Counted from the first letter of the stretch, positions 1-11,533 are shown. The stretch: 43,091 bases of DNA from an uncultured Selenomonas sp. (GCA_963515775.1 CAUQAR010000001.1:1-43091); one strand, 5' to 3'. Translations and numbers: made by a program. The notes: generated by a model from the letters alone, not told the origin.

Positions 1-171
1 AACGAAGCGTGTACCTCGCGCGTCGGCAGTCCGATCGAAAAGGAGCTGGCCCGACAGAAAGAGCGCGCCGCGGCAAATGCGGCGGACCCGCAGGAGGGGA
101 AGACCAAGACAAAAGCCAAGCGGGCATCCGTACAGAAAAAAAATACCCGCAGACAGGGATCAGGCGCATGA
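1..171 (+). CDS. topA: 3' end of probable DNA topoisomerase I (partial)
   Basis: Frame 1 reads [60 protein letters not shown] (Cys then Lys/Arg-rich tail). TGA 169-171 overlaps the trmFO ATG (ATGA); topA-trmFO is a known Firmicutes gene order. Confidence 0.6.
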   Translation, partial: NEACTSRVGSPIEKELARQKERAAANAADPQEGKTKTKAKRASVQKKNTRRQGSGA

Positions 172-1481
172 GAAACGTCATCGTTGTTGGCGCGGGTCTT
201 GCGGGGAGCGAGGCGGCATGGCAAGCGGCGGAACACGGGGCGGAGGTTGCGCTCTATGAGATGCGGCCCCTGCGTACATCGCCGGCACACAAGACCGCGG
301 ATTTTGCAGAACTCGTATGCAGCAATTCCCTGCGCGGCGCGAGCCTCGAAAACGCCGTCGGCGTCTTGAAGGAGGAGATGCGCAGGCTGAACTCCCTCGT
401 CATTCGCGCCGCAGACGCGACAGTCGTTCCGGCCGGCGGCGCGCTTGCCGTAGACCGCCGGGCGTTCAGCCGATATATCACGGAGCAGATCGCGGCGCAT
501 CCGCATATAGCGGTGCGGCGTGCGGAGGTTACGGCGATTCCCCGCGGGGAGGGCAGCGTCGTCGTCATCGCGTCCGGCCCGCTCACGGACGGCGCGCTTG
601 CCGATGAGATTCATGCTATGCTTGGCGACGACGCCCTGTATTTTTACGATGCGGCCGCACCGCTCGTCGATTTCGGCAGTATCGATATGACGCGGGCCTA
701 CCGTGCGTCCCGCTACGGTAAAGGAGAACCGGCGTATATCAACTGCCCGATGAACGCGCAGGAATACGAGGCGTTCTGGCAGGCGCTCAGGGCAGCGGAA
801 ACGGCGCCGGCACACGACTTTGAGAAAGAGATTTTCTTTGAGGGTTGCATGCCTGTCGAGGTCATGGCGGCGCGCGGCGTGAATACGCTCCTCTTCGGCC
901 CGCTCAAGCCCATGGGACTGGAGCATCCGGATACGGGGGTGCGCCCGCATGCCGTCGTGCAGCTTCGGCAGGACAACGCGGAGGGCACGATTTACAACAT
1001 CGTGGGCTTTCAAACGCGGCTGACATGGCCGGAACAGCGGCGCGTCTTCCGCATGATCCCGGGGCTTGCGCGCGCAGAGTTCCTGCGGTACGGCGTGATG
1101 CACAGGAACACATTTATCAATGCGCCGCGACACCTTCTGCCGACCTTTCAGCTGCGCGGGGAGGATCGATTGCTCTTTGCCGGACAGATGACGGGCGTCG
1201 AGGGCTATGTCGAATCGGCGGCATCCGGGCTCGCAGCGGGGCGCAATGCCGCCCGCATCGCGGCGGATCGCACGCCCCTCGTGTTCCCGCGGACCACATG
1301 TCACGGCGCCCTGGCCCACTATATCACAACCTCCGATCCGGCGCATTTTCAGCCCATGAACATCAACTTTGGACTGCTTCCGCCGCTTGCACATCTCCCG
1401 CGGCGCACGCGCAAGCCCGAGAAAAAACTTCTCATGGCGCAGCGGGCGCTTGCGGATCTGGAGGAGTTTTGTTCGGCATAA
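168..1481 (+). CDS. trmFO: FAD/folate-dependent tRNA (uracil-5-)-methyltransferase TrmFO (Gid)
   Basis: [19 protein letters not shown] motif, [51 protein letters not shown]. Start moved from 9 to ATG 168. Confidence 0.96.
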   Translation: MRNVIVVGAGLAGSEAAWQAAEHGAEVALYEMRPLRTSPAHKTADFAELVCSNSLRGASLENAVGVLKEEMRRLNSLVIRAADATVVPAGGALAVDRRAFSRYITEQIAAHPHIAVRRAEVTAIPRGEGSVVVIASGPLTDGALADEIHAMLGDDALYFYDAAAPLVDFGSIDMTRAYRASRYGKGEPAYINCPMNAQEYEAFWQALRAAETAPAHDFEKEIFFEGCMPVEVMAARGVNTLLFGPLKPMGLEHPDTGVRPHAVVQLRQDNAEGTIYNIVGFQTRLTWPEQRRVFRMIPGLARAEFLRYGVMHRNTFINAPRHLLPTFQLRGEDRLLFAGQMTGVEGYVESAASGLAAGRNAARIAADRTPLVFPRTTCHGALAHYITTSDPAHFQPMNINFGLLPPLAHLPRRTRKPEKKLLMAQRALADLEEFCSA

Positions 1482-1497
1482 TAGAAAGGCACATACC

Positions 1498-2037
1498 ATG
1501 ACATTTCATGCGACCACCATCGTCGCCGTAAAGAAGGGGAATCAAGTCGCCGTTGCGGGCGACGGGCAGGTGACCTTCGGGGAGCGCGCCATCATGAAGG
1601 CCACCGCACGCAAAGTGCGGCGCCTCTATCACGGAAAGATTCTGGCCGGGTTTGCCGGTTCGGTGGCGGATGCGTTTACACTGTTTGAAAAATTCGAGGC
1701 GAAGCTCGAATCCTACGGCGGAAATTTACAGCGATCCGCCGTGGAGCTTGCAAAGGAATGGCGCACTGACAAGGTGCTGCGCAAGCTCGAGGCGTTGCTG
1801 CTCGTCGCGGATCAAGAGAGCATTCTCATGATCTCCGGCAACGGCGAAGTCATTGAGCCGGACGGCGACTGCACCGCGATCGGATCGGGCGGATTCTTCG
1901 CCCTTGCCGCCGCGCGCGCGCTTGTCGCGCACAGCGCGATGGACGCGCCTGCCATCGCCCGGGAATCCCTTTCCATTGCAGCAGATATCTGCGTTTACAC
2001 AAATCACAACATCACGGTGGAGGTCTTGGAATCATGA
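1498..2037 (+). CDS. hslV: ATP-dependent protease peptidase subunit HslV (ClpQ)
   Basis: [10 protein letters not shown]-terminus, [34 protein letters not shown] at 1498. Confidence 0.97.
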   Translation: MTFHATTIVAVKKGNQVAVAGDGQVTFGERAIMKATARKVRRLYHGKILAGFAGSVADAFTLFEKFEAKLESYGGNLQRSAVELAKEWRTDKVLRKLEALLLVADQESILMISGNGEVIEPDGDCTAIGSGGFFALAAARALVAHSAMDAPAIARESLSIAADICVYTNHNITVEVLES

Positions 2038-3428
2038 GCAGAATCGGGGTCAACGAGCAGACGCCGCGCGAGATCGTTGCCGAACTCGACAAATACATCG
2101 TAGGACAGCGCGAGGCGAAGCGCTCCGTCGCCATCGCCCTGCGCAACCGGTGGCGCAGCCGCCAGCTCGATGCTGACATGCGCGAGGACATCATTCCGAA
2201 AAACATCCTCATGATCGGCTCGACCGGCGTCGGCAAGACCGAGATTGCGCGCCGTCTCGCACGACTCGTGCGCGCGCCGTTTCTGAAAGTGGAGGCGACC
2301 AAGTTCACGGAAGTCGGATACGTCGGGCGCGATGTCGAATCCATCGTGCGCGATCTCGTTGAGACTGCGGTGCGCATGGTGCGCCGGGAGAAACTGGACG
2401 AAGTTCGGGAGAAGGCGGCTGAGAACGCAGAGGAACGGCTGATCGACGTATTCGTTCCCGCACCGAAGAAGTCGTCCAACCCGCTCGGCAAACTCTTTGG
2501 CGCCGAAGAAGAGGAACCGAAAGAAACGACGGAGCCGCCGAAATATCAGGCGGGACGCGAATGGATGCGCAAACGTCTGCATGCGGGAGAAATGGAAAAC
2601 GAAACCGTCGAGATCGAGGTCGAGGAATCCGCCCGTCCCATGGCTGGCATGTTTGCCGGGTCCTCCCTCGAGGGGATGAGCGATAACCTACAGTCCATGA
2701 TCGGCTCGCTCGTGCCGAAACGCCGCCGCAAGCGCAAGGTGACCGTCGCGCAGGCGCGCAAGATCTTCGCCGCAGAGGAGGCGGACAAGCTCGTCGATAT
2801 GGACGTCGTGGCGGAGGAGGCGGTGCACGCAGCGGAATACAGCGGCATCGTCTTCCTCGATGAAATCGACAAGGTGGCCGTCGGCAGCGGGCGTACTGCG
2901 GGCGCAGATATATCGCGCGAGGGTGTTCAGCGCGACATCCTGCCCATCGTCGAAGGCTCCACCGTCGTCACGAAGTACGGCCCGGTTAAGACGGACCATG
3001 TCCTCTTTATCGCAGCGGGTGCGTTTCATATTGCGAAACCCTCCGATCTCATCCCGGAACTGCAAGGGCGCTTTCCGATTCGCGTCGAACTCAAGTCGCT
3101 CGTCAAAGAGGACTTCGAGCGCATTCTCACGGAACCGAAGAACGCGCTCCTCAAGCAGTACGGCGCACTGCTCGGCGCAGAGGGCGTTGCGCTGACCTTC
3201 CGGCCCGATGCAATTGAACGGCTGGCAGAGCTGGCCGAGACCGTCAACGAGCAGACCGAGGACATCGGCGCGCGTCGCCTCTATACGCTCCTCGAAAAAC
3301 TCCTCGAGGACCTCTCCTTCGACGCCCCCGACCTCACGGAAAAAGAAGTCGTCATCGATGCGGCGTACGTCGACCGCACGCTTGCGGACATCGCCGTGGA
3401 CCGCGATATATCGCGCTTTATTTTGTAG
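2034..3428 (+). CDS. hslU: ATP-dependent protease ATPase subunit HslU (ClpY)
   Basis: [60 protein letters not shown]-terminal SRFIL; ATGA overlap with hslV. Confidence 0.97.
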   Translation: MSRIGVNEQTPREIVAELDKYIVGQREAKRSVAIALRNRWRSRQLDADMREDIIPKNILMIGSTGVGKTEIARRLARLVRAPFLKVEATKFTEVGYVGRDVESIVRDLVETAVRMVRREKLDEVREKAAENAEERLIDVFVPAPKKSSNPLGKLFGAEEEEPKETTEPPKYQAGREWMRKRLHAGEMENETVEIEVEESARPMAGMFAGSSLEGMSDNLQSMIGSLVPKRRRKRKVTVAQARKIFAAEEADKLVDMDVVAEEAVHAAEYSGIVFLDEIDKVAVGSGRTAGADISREGVQRDILPIVEGSTVVTKYGPVKTDHVLFIAAGAFHIAKPSDLIPELQGRFPIRVELKSLVKEDFERILTEPKNALLKQYGALLGAEGVALTFRPDAIERLAELAETVNEQTEDIGARRLYTLLEKLLEDLSFDAPDLTEKEVVIDAAYVDRTLADIAVDRDISRFIL

Positions 3429-3464
3429 ACTGGCCGCGTGTTTTTATCGTTTTTGTATAGAGAA

Positions 3465-3507
3465 AGGGCTATTGCACGAAGAAAGAATTCGTGCAATAGC
3501 CCTGTTT
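3465..3507. terminator. Bidirectional intrinsic terminator between hslU and the convergent ABC operon
   Basis: Perfect 16-bp inverted repeat AGGGCTATTGCACGAA (3465-3480) / TTCGTGCAATAGCCCT (3488-3503). Confidence 0.8.
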
Positions 3508-3516
3508 ATTTGCAGC

Positions 3517-5133
3517 TCAAAGCGCTGCGTGCAGGAGTGTTTTGGCGTATTCGTCCGTGGGGCGGGTGAGCACCTCGCGCACCGGCCCCTGCGCGACGAT
3601 ACGACCCCCACGCATGATGAGCACGCGCGCTGCGATCGAACTCACGAGCGCGAGATCATGTGAGATGAAGATGAGGCTCACGCCGTGTTCTTTCTGCAAA
3701 TGGAGCAGGAGAGACACGATCTTTGCCTGTACGGAGACGTCGAGCGCCGAGGTTGCCTCGTCGCAGATGAGAATATCCGGATGTACTGCCATCGCGCGCG
3801 CAATCGCGGCACGCTGGCATTCACCGCCGCTCATCTCGTGCGGATAACGCTCTGCATAGGACGCGGGCAGCCCCACCTCGGAGAGGAGAGCGGCGACGCG
3901 CTCTTTTGTATGCCTGCCGTCGGGGACGCACAGGCGGCAAATCGTTTCGCCGATCATGTCCCCGACGGTGCGCCGCGGGTTGAACGAGCCGGGCGCATCC
4001 TGGAATACCATCTGCACGCGCGTGTAGAGCGCGCGCCGCTGCTTCCCCGCGGCACGAGTGATGTCCGTACCGTCCAGCAAAATACGCCCGCCCGTCGCCG
4101 TATGCAGCCCCGTGAGGAGCTTTGCGACGGTCGATTTTCCGCTGCCGCTCTCGCCGACGATGCCGAGGAGTTCATTTCTTCGCAGGGAAAATGAGATGTT
4201 GTCGACCGCCTGTATGCGCTGCGCACCTTCACGAAAATCCATGGAGACGTTCTCGAACCGAAGGAGTTCCGAGGAGACCGCGTGCCGCCGGGCATGCGCA
4301 TCTGAAGGATGCGCTGCGTGCATCGCCAGCGGATCACAGTCGCTACCGGGCGTGTAAAGCATCTTCGGCACTGCGGCCAGCAGCGCACGGGTGTAGTCAT
4401 GCTGCGGATGCCCGAGTACCTCCCGGACCGTCCCTTGCTCGACGATGCGCCCTTTCGACATCACGGCGATGCGGTCGGAAATGTGCCGTACGACGCCGAT
4501 GTTGTGTGTGATGAGGAGGATTGCCGTCCCCGTACGATCTTTTAGCGCGCGCAGCTCGTCGAGCACTTGCAGCTGAACGGTCGCGTCGAGCGCGGAGGTC
4601 GGCTCGTCGGCAAGCAGTAGCTGCGGGCGCAGGATCACGGCGAGTGCAATCGCCGCACGCTGCGCCATGCCGCCCGAGAGTTCAAAGGGATAGGCCGCGA
4701 GAATGCGGCCGGTATCCCTAAAGCCCATGCCGCCGAAGACTTCCTCTGCCCGCGCCAGAATCTCGGCACGCGGGCATTTTTCATGCGCACGCACGGTTTC
4801 TGCAAGCTGGGTACCGATCGTTCGCGACGGGTTCAGCGATGCGCCTGCGTACTGGAATACCATCGCAAGCTCTTCTCCGCACAGGCGACGCTTGTCCGCT
4901 GCGGAGACGGCAGCCATATCCTGCCCTGCAAAGCGCACGCTGCCCGCGAGGATCTCCGTGGAGAGACCGCGTATCTGCGCGACAGACTTGAGCAGGGTCG
5001 ATTTTCCGCTGCCGCTCTCACCGACGACGCCAAGGACTTCGCCCGGGCGGAGCGTCAGGCGGATATCCCGGATGACGGGCATGCCGCCGTAGCCGGCCGT
5101 CAGGTTTTCAATCTGCAGGAGTTCCCGCATCAT
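3517..5133 (-). CDS. Fused double-domain ABC ATPase, Nik/Opp/Dpp family
   Basis: Two GESGSGKST Walker A motifs, LSGGMAQR and MSGGECQR signatures, LLADEPTSALD and ICDEATSALD Walker B. Confidence 0.93.
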   Translation of the reverse strand: MMRELLQIENLTAGYGGMPVIRDIRLTLRPGEVLGVVGESGSGKSTLLKSVAQIRGLSTEILAGSVRFAGQDMAAVSAADKRRLCGEELAMVFQYAGASLNPSRTIGTQLAETVRAHEKCPRAEILARAEEVFGGMGFRDTGRILAAYPFELSGGMAQRAAIALAVILRPQLLLADEPTSALDATVQLQVLDELRALKDRTGTAILLITHNIGVVRHISDRIAVMSKGRIVEQGTVREVLGHPQHDYTRALLAAVPKMLYTPGSDCDPLAMHAAHPSDAHARRHAVSSELLRFENVSMDFREGAQRIQAVDNISFSLRRNELLGIVGESGSGKSTVAKLLTGLHTATGGRILLDGTDITRAAGKQRRALYTRVQMVFQDAPGSFNPRRTVGDMIGETICRLCVPDGRHTKERVAALLSEVGLPASYAERYPHEMSGGECQRAAIARAMAVHPDILICDEATSALDVSVQAKIVSLLLHLQKEHGVSLIFISHDLALVSSIAARVLIMRGGRIVAQGPVREVLTRPTDEYAKTLLHAAL

Positions 5134-5155
5134 TTGATCCTCTATTCGTCGTCAT

Positions 5156-6688
5156 TCAATGCTTCTCGAGATCCTTCGACGCCTGATAGTAGTCGCTGGG
5201 GGAGGTCAGGAAGCCGCTGACGTTCTTCGAGATGCCGGTCAGCATATTGTTGAATCCGATGAAGTCCATCGCGCCGTCGTCGATCGCCTGCTGCTGAATG
5301 CGGTTGACCAGTGTGACGCGCTTTGCAAAGTCAAAGGTATTCGGTAGCTCCGCGAGTGCAGCCTGCACGGCGGGATTGTGATAGCGGCTGAAATTCGCAG
5401 CGCCCGTCGCGCTCATCGTGTCACGCAGGAACGCGTACGGATCGCCCGTCGGCATCGTGACGACGGAGTAGAGGGACATCTCGAAGTCGCCGGGCTTCAG
5501 ATAGTTCGCCTTCTCATGCGGGACGATCTCGACGTTGATGCCGATTTTCTTGAGCTGCGCCTGCATCTCCGTCGTGATATTCTCGTTAAAGAGGCGTTTG
5601 TAAACGCCCATCTGCACCGTCAGCGGCTTGCCGTCCTTCTCCACGATGCCGTCGCCGTCACTGTCCGTATAGCCTGCCGCCGCAAGAACGGCCTTTGCTT
5701 TCTCGGGGTCAAAGAGGTGGATCTTGAGCGCGGGATCGCCGAACGGCGTCGCCGCGAGGAACGCACTGCCGGATGCGGTCATCGCGCCCTTCAGCACATC
5801 GTCGCCGATGGTCTTCTTGTCCACACCGTACATAATCGCTTCGCGCACGGCGGGATCGGTCAGTTTCTCGAGGTTGAAGTAGAGCTGATAGGTGCGCGTC
5901 TGCGGCGTCTTGACCACTGTGAACTGATCCGATTGGGCGACCGTCTCGGCCGTCTCGGGGCTCAGATCGAGCGCGACGTCGATCTCGCCCGACTGGAGCG
6001 CCATCGCAAGTGTGTTGAAGTCCGCAATCTTCGTGTATTCGAGGCCGTCGACCTTCACCTCGCCGCCCCAATACTGCGCGTTCTTTTCCATAACGGCAGA
6101 TTTCTCAGAATCAAATGCGGTCAGGATGAACGGCCCTGTGCCGATGGGGGCGTTGTCAAAGTCCTGCGTTCCCGCAACGTCCAAGATGACGGCGTACGGA
6201 TCGCAGAGGTCGTTGACGAGCGTTGCGTACGGTTCCTTCGTCTTGATGGTGACGGTATTGCCCTCCGCGGTGAACACGGCATCCTTCAGCCACGCGGCGC
6301 GATCGTTGATCTCGGCGGTGCGCTTCAGGGACGCAATGACCTTTTCGGCGGTCATCTTCTCGCCGTTGGAGAATGTGACCTCCTCCTTCAGCGTGATGCG
6401 CCAAACGGTCGGTTCGAGATTCTCCGCCTTTTCCGCAAGCCACGGCTGCGGCTTCATCTCGTCGTCGAGACGAAACAGCGTTTCGCCGACGCCGTAGCGT
6501 ACGGCGTACCATCCGTTCCACTCCTTCGCGGGATCCATTGTGCCGCTTGTGACGGCGACCGTGCCGCCGACATGTACGATCTTTTTCCCGCCGTCCGCAG
6601 ATGTATCCGCGCCGCCGCATCCGCTGAGCGATACGGGGAGAGCGAGCATCAACGCCGCACATAGCGCTTTTCGGAAATTCAGTTTCAT
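5156..6688 (-). CDS. ABC transporter substrate-binding lipoprotein, family 5 (NikA/OppA-like; nickel-metallophore or peptide)
   Basis: Signal peptide with lipobox LSGC, GVGETLFRLD, FSNGEKMTAEKV, PIGTGPF, YTDSDGDGIVEKDG. Confidence 0.9.
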   Translation of the reverse strand: MKLNFRKALCAALMLALPVSLSGCGGADTSADGGKKIVHVGGTVAVTSGTMDPAKEWNGWYAVRYGVGETLFRLDDEMKPQPWLAEKAENLEPTVWRITLKEEVTFSNGEKMTAEKVIASLKRTAEINDRAAWLKDAVFTAEGNTVTIKTKEPYATLVNDLCDPYAVILDVAGTQDFDNAPIGTGPFILTAFDSEKSAVMEKNAQYWGGEVKVDGLEYTKIADFNTLAMALQSGEIDVALDLSPETAETVAQSDQFTVVKTPQTRTYQLYFNLEKLTDPAVREAIMYGVDKKTIGDDVLKGAMTASGSAFLAATPFGDPALKIHLFDPEKAKAVLAAAGYTDSDGDGIVEKDGKPLTVQMGVYKRLFNENITTEMQAQLKKIGINVEIVPHEKANYLKPGDFEMSLYSVVTMPTGDPYAFLRDTMSATGAANFSRYHNPAVQAALAELPNTFDFAKRVTLVNRIQQQAIDDGAMDFIGFNNMLTGISKNVSGFLTSPSDYYQASKDLEKH

Positions 6689-6731
6689 CGTTACCTCCTC
6701 ATATGATGTTCAACCATATATATCAACGCGC

Positions 6732-7574
6732 CTATACGTCGGCGCGCCGTTCACACATTTTGGGATCGAGCAGATCGCGCAGCTGATCGCCGAACATGTT
6801 AAAGACCATCATCACGGCGACCATCACACCGCTCGGTGCAAGCGCCGCCCACGGCGCCCGCTGGAGATAGCGCTGTCCCTCGCTGATCATCGCGCCCCAT
6901 TCGGCCTCCGGAATCTTGACCCCGATGCCGAGGTAGGAAAGTCCCGCCAGCCCCATCATCATGATGCTGACATGCAGGACTGCGGTGACCACGAGCGGTC
7001 CCGCGATGTTCGGCAGAAAGTGCAGGAAGAGGATGCGCGCGTTGCTGCATCCGCTGAGGCGCGCCGCATGGATGTAGGTCTCCTCCTTGACCGTGATCAC
7101 AGCGCTCCGTGCAATCCGCGCATACTGCGTCCACGTCGTCGCGACGAGCGCCAGCACCGCGTTGCAGAGGCCGCCGCCGAGGACACCCGCGACTGCAATC
7201 GCAAGCACAATGTCGGGAAAGGCCTGAAAAATATCCGTGATCCGCATGAGTACGGCATCCGCCCGTCCCCGATAGTAGCCCGCGAGCAGTCCGACCAGAC
7301 TGCCGAACGAGGAAGCGGCAAGAATGATGAAGAGCGCCGAAAAGATCGACGTCCGTCCGCCCGCAAGGATGCGCGAGAGGATATCTCTGCCGTAATTATC
7401 CGTACCGAATGGGTGGTCGCCGGACGGCGGCGCGAGGATCATCTGCGGATTCGTCGCGTAGGGATCGTAGGGGGCGAGCTGCGCGGCAAAGAGGCTCGCG
7501 AGGAAGATGAGCGCGCACAGCAGCATCGGTATCCAGAACGTCGGCGGCCGGTTTCTCAAAGTTGCTGCGATCAT
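6732..7574 (-). CDS. ABC permease (NikC/OppC-like)
   Basis: HPFGTDNYGRDILSR, EETYIHAARLSG (EAA loop), LSYLGIG, EWGAMI. Confidence 0.92.
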   Translation of the reverse strand: MIAATLRNRPPTFWIPMLLCALIFLASLFAAQLAPYDPYATNPQMILAPPSGDHPFGTDNYGRDILSRILAGGRTSIFSALFIILAASSFGSLVGLLAGYYRGRADAVLMRITDIFQAFPDIVLAIAVAGVLGGGLCNAVLALVATTWTQYARIARSAVITVKEETYIHAARLSGCSNARILFLHFLPNIAGPLVVTAVLHVSIMMMGLAGLSYLGIGVKIPEAEWGAMISEGQRYLQRAPWAALAPSGVMVAVMMVFNMFGDQLRDLLDPKMCERRADV

Positions 7575-7578
7575 TGTT

Positions 7579-8511
7579 CTACAGCTCCTTGATTTTTGGA
7601 TTGAAATATCGATACGAGAGGTCGGCGATGAGGTTCACCAAGAAGAATGCAAGGGCCATCCAGACCACCGCCGCCTGGACAATGGGATAATCGCGCCTCT
7701 CGATCGCCGTCATGATGAGATGCCCGACGCCCGGCCAGTTGAAGATCGTCTCGACGATCACCGTGCCGCCGAGCAGAGAGCCGACGGAGATGCCCGTCAG
7801 CGTGATTACAATGACCATGATATTCTTGAGAACATTACAAAAGAGTATTTGCCGCTCGAGGATGCCGCGCGCGCGCAGCCCGACGATGTAGTCCTTGTCC
7901 AGCTCGTCGAGCGCCGCCGCGCGAATCTGGCGGATGTAGCGCGAGGACATGACGATCGCAAGCGCCGCTGACGGCAGAATCATACCGATGGGCTTCGTCG
8001 TCGAGAGCACCGGAATCCATCCGAGTTTGTACGAGAAGATAAACATGAGGACGATTGCCACGATGAAGCTCGGCGTCGCATTTGCGATGAAGGTCAGGAG
8101 CCGGATGCCGTAGTCGAAGCGGCTGTTGCGGCATGCGGCGATGCCGATGCCGAGCGGCAGGGAGATGAGCAGCGTGAACAGCATGGATGCGCCCGCCATG
8201 CGGAGCGTGTAGGGGAGTGCCGCGGCGAATGTCTTTGCCACCGGAATATCCGTGATGTACGACGTCCCCATATCTCCCTGTACGAAGCGCCCAAGCCATG
8301 TGCCGTACTGCACGAGGAACGGCTCGTCGAGGCCCATCTCCGTCCGCATCCGTGCGACGACCTCCGGATGCGCGGCAGTGCCGTCCTCTGTGAGGCGTAT
8401 GCTGACGGGATCGCTCGGCGCAATGTAGAGCAAACCGAACGAGAGGAGCGTAATGCCGAAAAAGACGGGGATGAACTGCATACAGCGCTGTAGGAGCGTC
8501 TTTGCGTTCAT
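7579..8511 (-). CDS. ABC permease (NikB/OppB-like)
   Basis: GLDEPFLVQYGTWL, GDMGTSY, DYIVGLRARG, GGTVIVETIFNWPGVG, RDYPIVQ. Confidence 0.92.
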   Translation of the reverse strand: MNAKTLLQRCMQFIPVFFGITLLSFGLLYIAPSDPVSIRLTEDGTAAHPEVVARMRTEMGLDEPFLVQYGTWLGRFVQGDMGTSYITDIPVAKTFAAALPYTLRMAGASMLFTLLISLPLGIGIAACRNSRFDYGIRLLTFIANATPSFIVAIVLMFIFSYKLGWIPVLSTTKPIGMILPSAALAIVMSSRYIRQIRAAALDELDKDYIVGLRARGILERQILFCNVLKNIMVIVITLTGISVGSLLGGTVIVETIFNWPGVGHLIMTAIERRDYPIVQAAVVWMALAFFLVNLIADLSYRYFNPKIKEL

Positions 8512-8597
8512 ATATATCTCCTCTCTATCATAGCGCAGCTATTCATATCATAATATTTTCAAACTCTTTCGCTTATAAATATGATAAATGAATACTA

Positions 8598-8627
8598 AGT
8601 ATATAACCCCTGTGGGAAAATTGTCAA
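8598..8627 (-). promoter_or_regulatory. Candidate sigma-A promoter of the ABC operon
   Basis: Minus strand TTGACA (8627-8622)-N18-TATACT (8603-8598) in an AT-rich intergenic region. Confidence 0.55.
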
Positions 8628-8854
8628 TGGGATGCCGCATAAATTTGTGAAATCTCTCTTTTGTTAATAAAAGTGAAGTGATTTCAACTATCCATATCAT
8701 TTTTTCTTTTTGATGAACGCCCTGGAATTATATCGAAGAATGAGGGAGAAAAATATTTACGATAAATATGATATATACTTAGAAGAAAATATAAAGATAT
8801 GAATAGAGAAGTGTTCAAAAAATCTCGCGTACGATATTCAAATAAAGCAAAGAT

Positions 8855-8882
8855 TTGACAAATCGCTCGTATCGTCTATAAT
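8855..8882 (+). promoter_or_regulatory. Sigma-A promoter of serA
   Basis: Perfect TTGACA (8855-8860)-N16-TATAAT (8877-8882). Confidence 0.75.
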
Positions 8883-8938
8883 GAAGCGATATATTCATGT
8901 GCACAGGAGCGGCGTTTATGCCGCAGGGAGGGCTAACA

Positions 8939-10519
8939 ATGAAGATTTTGGCTGCCGACGGGATTTCGCCCGAGGGAATCGCGCTGCTCGCGGACTACGA
9001 GGTCGATGTGCGCGACAAGCTCCCACATGAGGAGTTGCTCGACATCATCGGCAGCTATGACGCGCTGATGGTGCGCTCGGCGTCGAAGGTAACGGCAGAT
9101 GTCATCGCGCGGGCGGATCGTCTGAAGATCATCGGCAGAGCGGGCGTCGGCGTCGACAATATCGATGTGAAGGCGGCGACAGAGCGCGGCATCATCGTGA
9201 TCAATTCGCCCGGCGGGAATACGATCGCGGCGACGGAGCACACGATGGCGATGATGCTCTCGATGGCGCGCAATATCCCTGCGGCGGATGAAACGATGCG
9301 ACAGGGGCAGTGGAACCGCAAGGCCTATGTCGGCGTCGAGCTGCGCGGCAAAACGCTCGGCGTGATCGGTATGGGGCGCATCGGCAGCGGCGTGGCAAAG
9401 CGCGCGCTCGCCTTTGATATGAACATCATCGCCTACGATCCCTACATCAACGAAGATCGTGCGAAGGCGCTTGGCGTGACGATCGGCACACTCGACGACA
9501 TCTTCAGCAAGGCGGATTTCATCACCGTCCATATGCCGCTGACGAAGGAGACGCGCGGTATGATCTCTATGCCGGAAATGCGCCGCATGAAACGGGGGGG
9601 GCGTCTCGTCAACTGCGCGCGCGGCGGTATCATCAACGAGGCCGATCTTGCGGCGGCGGTGCGTGAAGGCGTCGTCGCGGGGGCTGCGATCGACGTGTTC
9701 GAGCGCGAACCGCTCCCCGCGGACCATCCCCTGCGTGGCGTGCCGGGCATCGTCCTCACGCCGCATCTCGGCGCATCGACCGTCGAGGCACAGATCGGCG
9801 TATCCGTGGACGTTGCCGAGGGCATTCGTGCGGCGCTGCGCGGAGAGCCCGTGACGAGCGCGGTCAATATGGCCCCCGTCTCAAAGGAAGTCATGCAGGT
9901 CATTCGTCCGTATATCACACTCGCAGAGCGCCTCGGCTGCACCGTTTGCTCGCTCGCTGAGGGGCCCATTGCACATGTGGAGGTCATTTACAACGGCGAG
10001 ATCACAGAGGTCAATACGAGCTTCCTCACGACCGCGGTGCTCAAGGGCATGCTGAACCCGATCCTCGAGAGCGAGATCAACTATGTGAACGCGCCGGGCG
10101 TTGCGAAGTCCCGCGGCATCAAGGTGACTGAGATCAAAGAAAAGGAAATGTCCCATTTCTCAACGCTCATCACTGTGCGTGCGGTGTCGGGTGGGAAGAT
10201 GACGGAGGTGCAGGGCACCCTCTTCGGTACGGAGGGACGCATCGTCCGCATCAACCGTTTCCGCGTGGATGTCGATCCGCACGCGCGCATTCTCATCTGC
10301 CCCCACATCAACCGCCCCGGCGTGATCGGAACGATCGGCTCCATCATGGGAGAGGCGGGGATCAATATTTCGGGGATGCAGGTGGGAAAATCCGACCGTG
10401 AGGGAACGAATATCATGGTCCTCACGATCGATCACGATATCCCGGACGAGACGCTTGCGCGCGTTGTGGCGCTCGACGGCATCTTCGATGCGAAGCTGGT
10501 CAATTTTGAATCCGTCTGA
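8939..10519 (+). CDS. serA: D-3-phosphoglycerate dehydrogenase (long form with ASB and ACT domains)
   Basis: GRAGVGVDNID, GVIGMGRIG, NCARGG, TPHLGASTVEAQ, C-terminal ACT (NRPGVIG); GGGAGG SD before ATG 8939. Confidence 0.96.
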   Translation: MKILAADGISPEGIALLADYEVDVRDKLPHEELLDIIGSYDALMVRSASKVTADVIARADRLKIIGRAGVGVDNIDVKAATERGIIVINSPGGNTIAATEHTMAMMLSMARNIPAADETMRQGQWNRKAYVGVELRGKTLGVIGMGRIGSGVAKRALAFDMNIIAYDPYINEDRAKALGVTIGTLDDIFSKADFITVHMPLTKETRGMISMPEMRRMKRGGRLVNCARGGIINEADLAAAVREGVVAGAAIDVFEREPLPADHPLRGVPGIVLTPHLGASTVEAQIGVSVDVAEGIRAALRGEPVTSAVNMAPVSKEVMQVIRPYITLAERLGCTVCSLAEGPIAHVEVIYNGEITEVNTSFLTTAVLKGMLNPILESEINYVNAPGVAKSRGIKVTEIKEKEMSHFSTLITVRAVSGGKMTEVQGTLFGTEGRIVRINRFRVDVDPHARILICPHINRPGVIGTIGSIMGEAGINISGMQVGKSDREGTNIMVLTIDHDIPDETLARVVALDGIFDAKLVNFESV

Positions 10520-10618
10520 TGCGCGCATGCCGTCGGTGCAAATTTCATCCTTTTTCCATAATCCTCCTGTATTATAGTCAAAAAGACAAAGATAATCGAT
10601 TCTAAGGAGGCAGATTGT

Positions 10619-11488
10619 ATGAACTCCCTCAAGACGACAATGCTCATGGCGCTCCTCATGGCGCTCATGGTTGCGCTTGGCGGTATATTTGCAGGGCATC
10701 AGGGCATGACCGTCATGCTCGTCATCGCGCTCGGCATGAATTTCTTTTCGTACTGGTTCTCCGACCGCATGGTGCTCAGCATGTACAACGCGCAGGAGGT
10801 TGACCGCTCGAGCGCGCCCGAGCTCTACGGACTCGTAGAAAAACTCGCGGGGCAGGCGGGACTGCCGATGCCGCGCGTCTACATCATCAACGAGGATGCG
10901 CCGAACGCCTTCGCCACGGGGCGCAATCCGTCACATGCGACGGTCGCCGTGACGACGGGGCTCATGCGGGCGCTCGACTACAATGAGATTTCGGGCGTGC
11001 TCGGACACGAGCTCGCACATGTGAAGCACCGCGATATTCTAATCTCGACGATTGCGGCGACGATGGCGACCGTCATCTCCTATGCGGCGAGCATCGCCCA
11101 GTGGGCGGCGATCTTCGGCGGCGGCCGATCGAGCGACGATGACCGCGGCGGCATCATCGGGCTGATCGCGACCGCGATCATCGCGCCGATCGCGGCAGCC
11201 CTCATTCAGATGGCGATCTCACGCTCACGCGAGTACAGCGCGGACGAGACGGGCGCAGAGTTCTGCGGCAACCCGAACTACCTCGCCTCGGCACTCGAGA
11301 AGATCGAGTACTATGCGCTGCACGGCGCGCCTCTCCCCGAGGCGACACCCGCCACGGCGCATATGTGCATCATCAATCCGCTGACGGGCAGGGACTTCTC
11401 TTTTAAGAGTCTCTTTTCGACCCATCCGGACACGCAGGAGCGCATCGCGCGCCTGCGTGCACAGGCGCAGCGCATGGGCGTTCGCTGA
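10619..11488 (+). CDS. htpX: Membrane zinc metalloprotease HtpX (M48)
   Basis: [15 protein letters not shown] (HExxH), [25 protein letters not shown]. Confidence 0.95.
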   Translation: MNSLKTTMLMALLMALMVALGGIFAGHQGMTVMLVIALGMNFFSYWFSDRMVLSMYNAQEVDRSSAPELYGLVEKLAGQAGLPMPRVYIINEDAPNAFATGRNPSHATVAVTTGLMRALDYNEISGVLGHELAHVKHRDILISTIAATMATVISYAASIAQWAAIFGGGRSSDDDRGGIIGLIATAIIAPIAAALIQMAISRSREYSADETGAEFCGNPNYLASALEKIEYYALHGAPLPEATPATAHMCIINPLTGRDFSFKSLFSTHPDTQERIARLRAQAQRMGVR

Positions 11489-11533
11489 TCCTATAAAACC
11501 CTCGCACACGAAAATGGGTGCGAGGGTTTTTAT
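11487..11533. repeat. Hairpin repeat A1 (htpX terminator; left boundary of TA cassette)
   Basis: GATCCTATAAAACCCTCGCAC-ACGAAAATGG-GTGCGAGGGTTTTTAT; outside the loop it is identical to 12178-12224. Confidence 0.9.

Noticed and set aside
9..167. N-terminal extension of trmFO in the ORF track
   Set aside because: It overlaps the topA-like tail in another frame; TrmFO homology starts at ATG 168.
9594..9601. G8 run in serA as a phase-variation tract
   Set aside because: Short, in frame, in a housekeeping gene; the same applies to the G8 run at 16918-16925 in purL.
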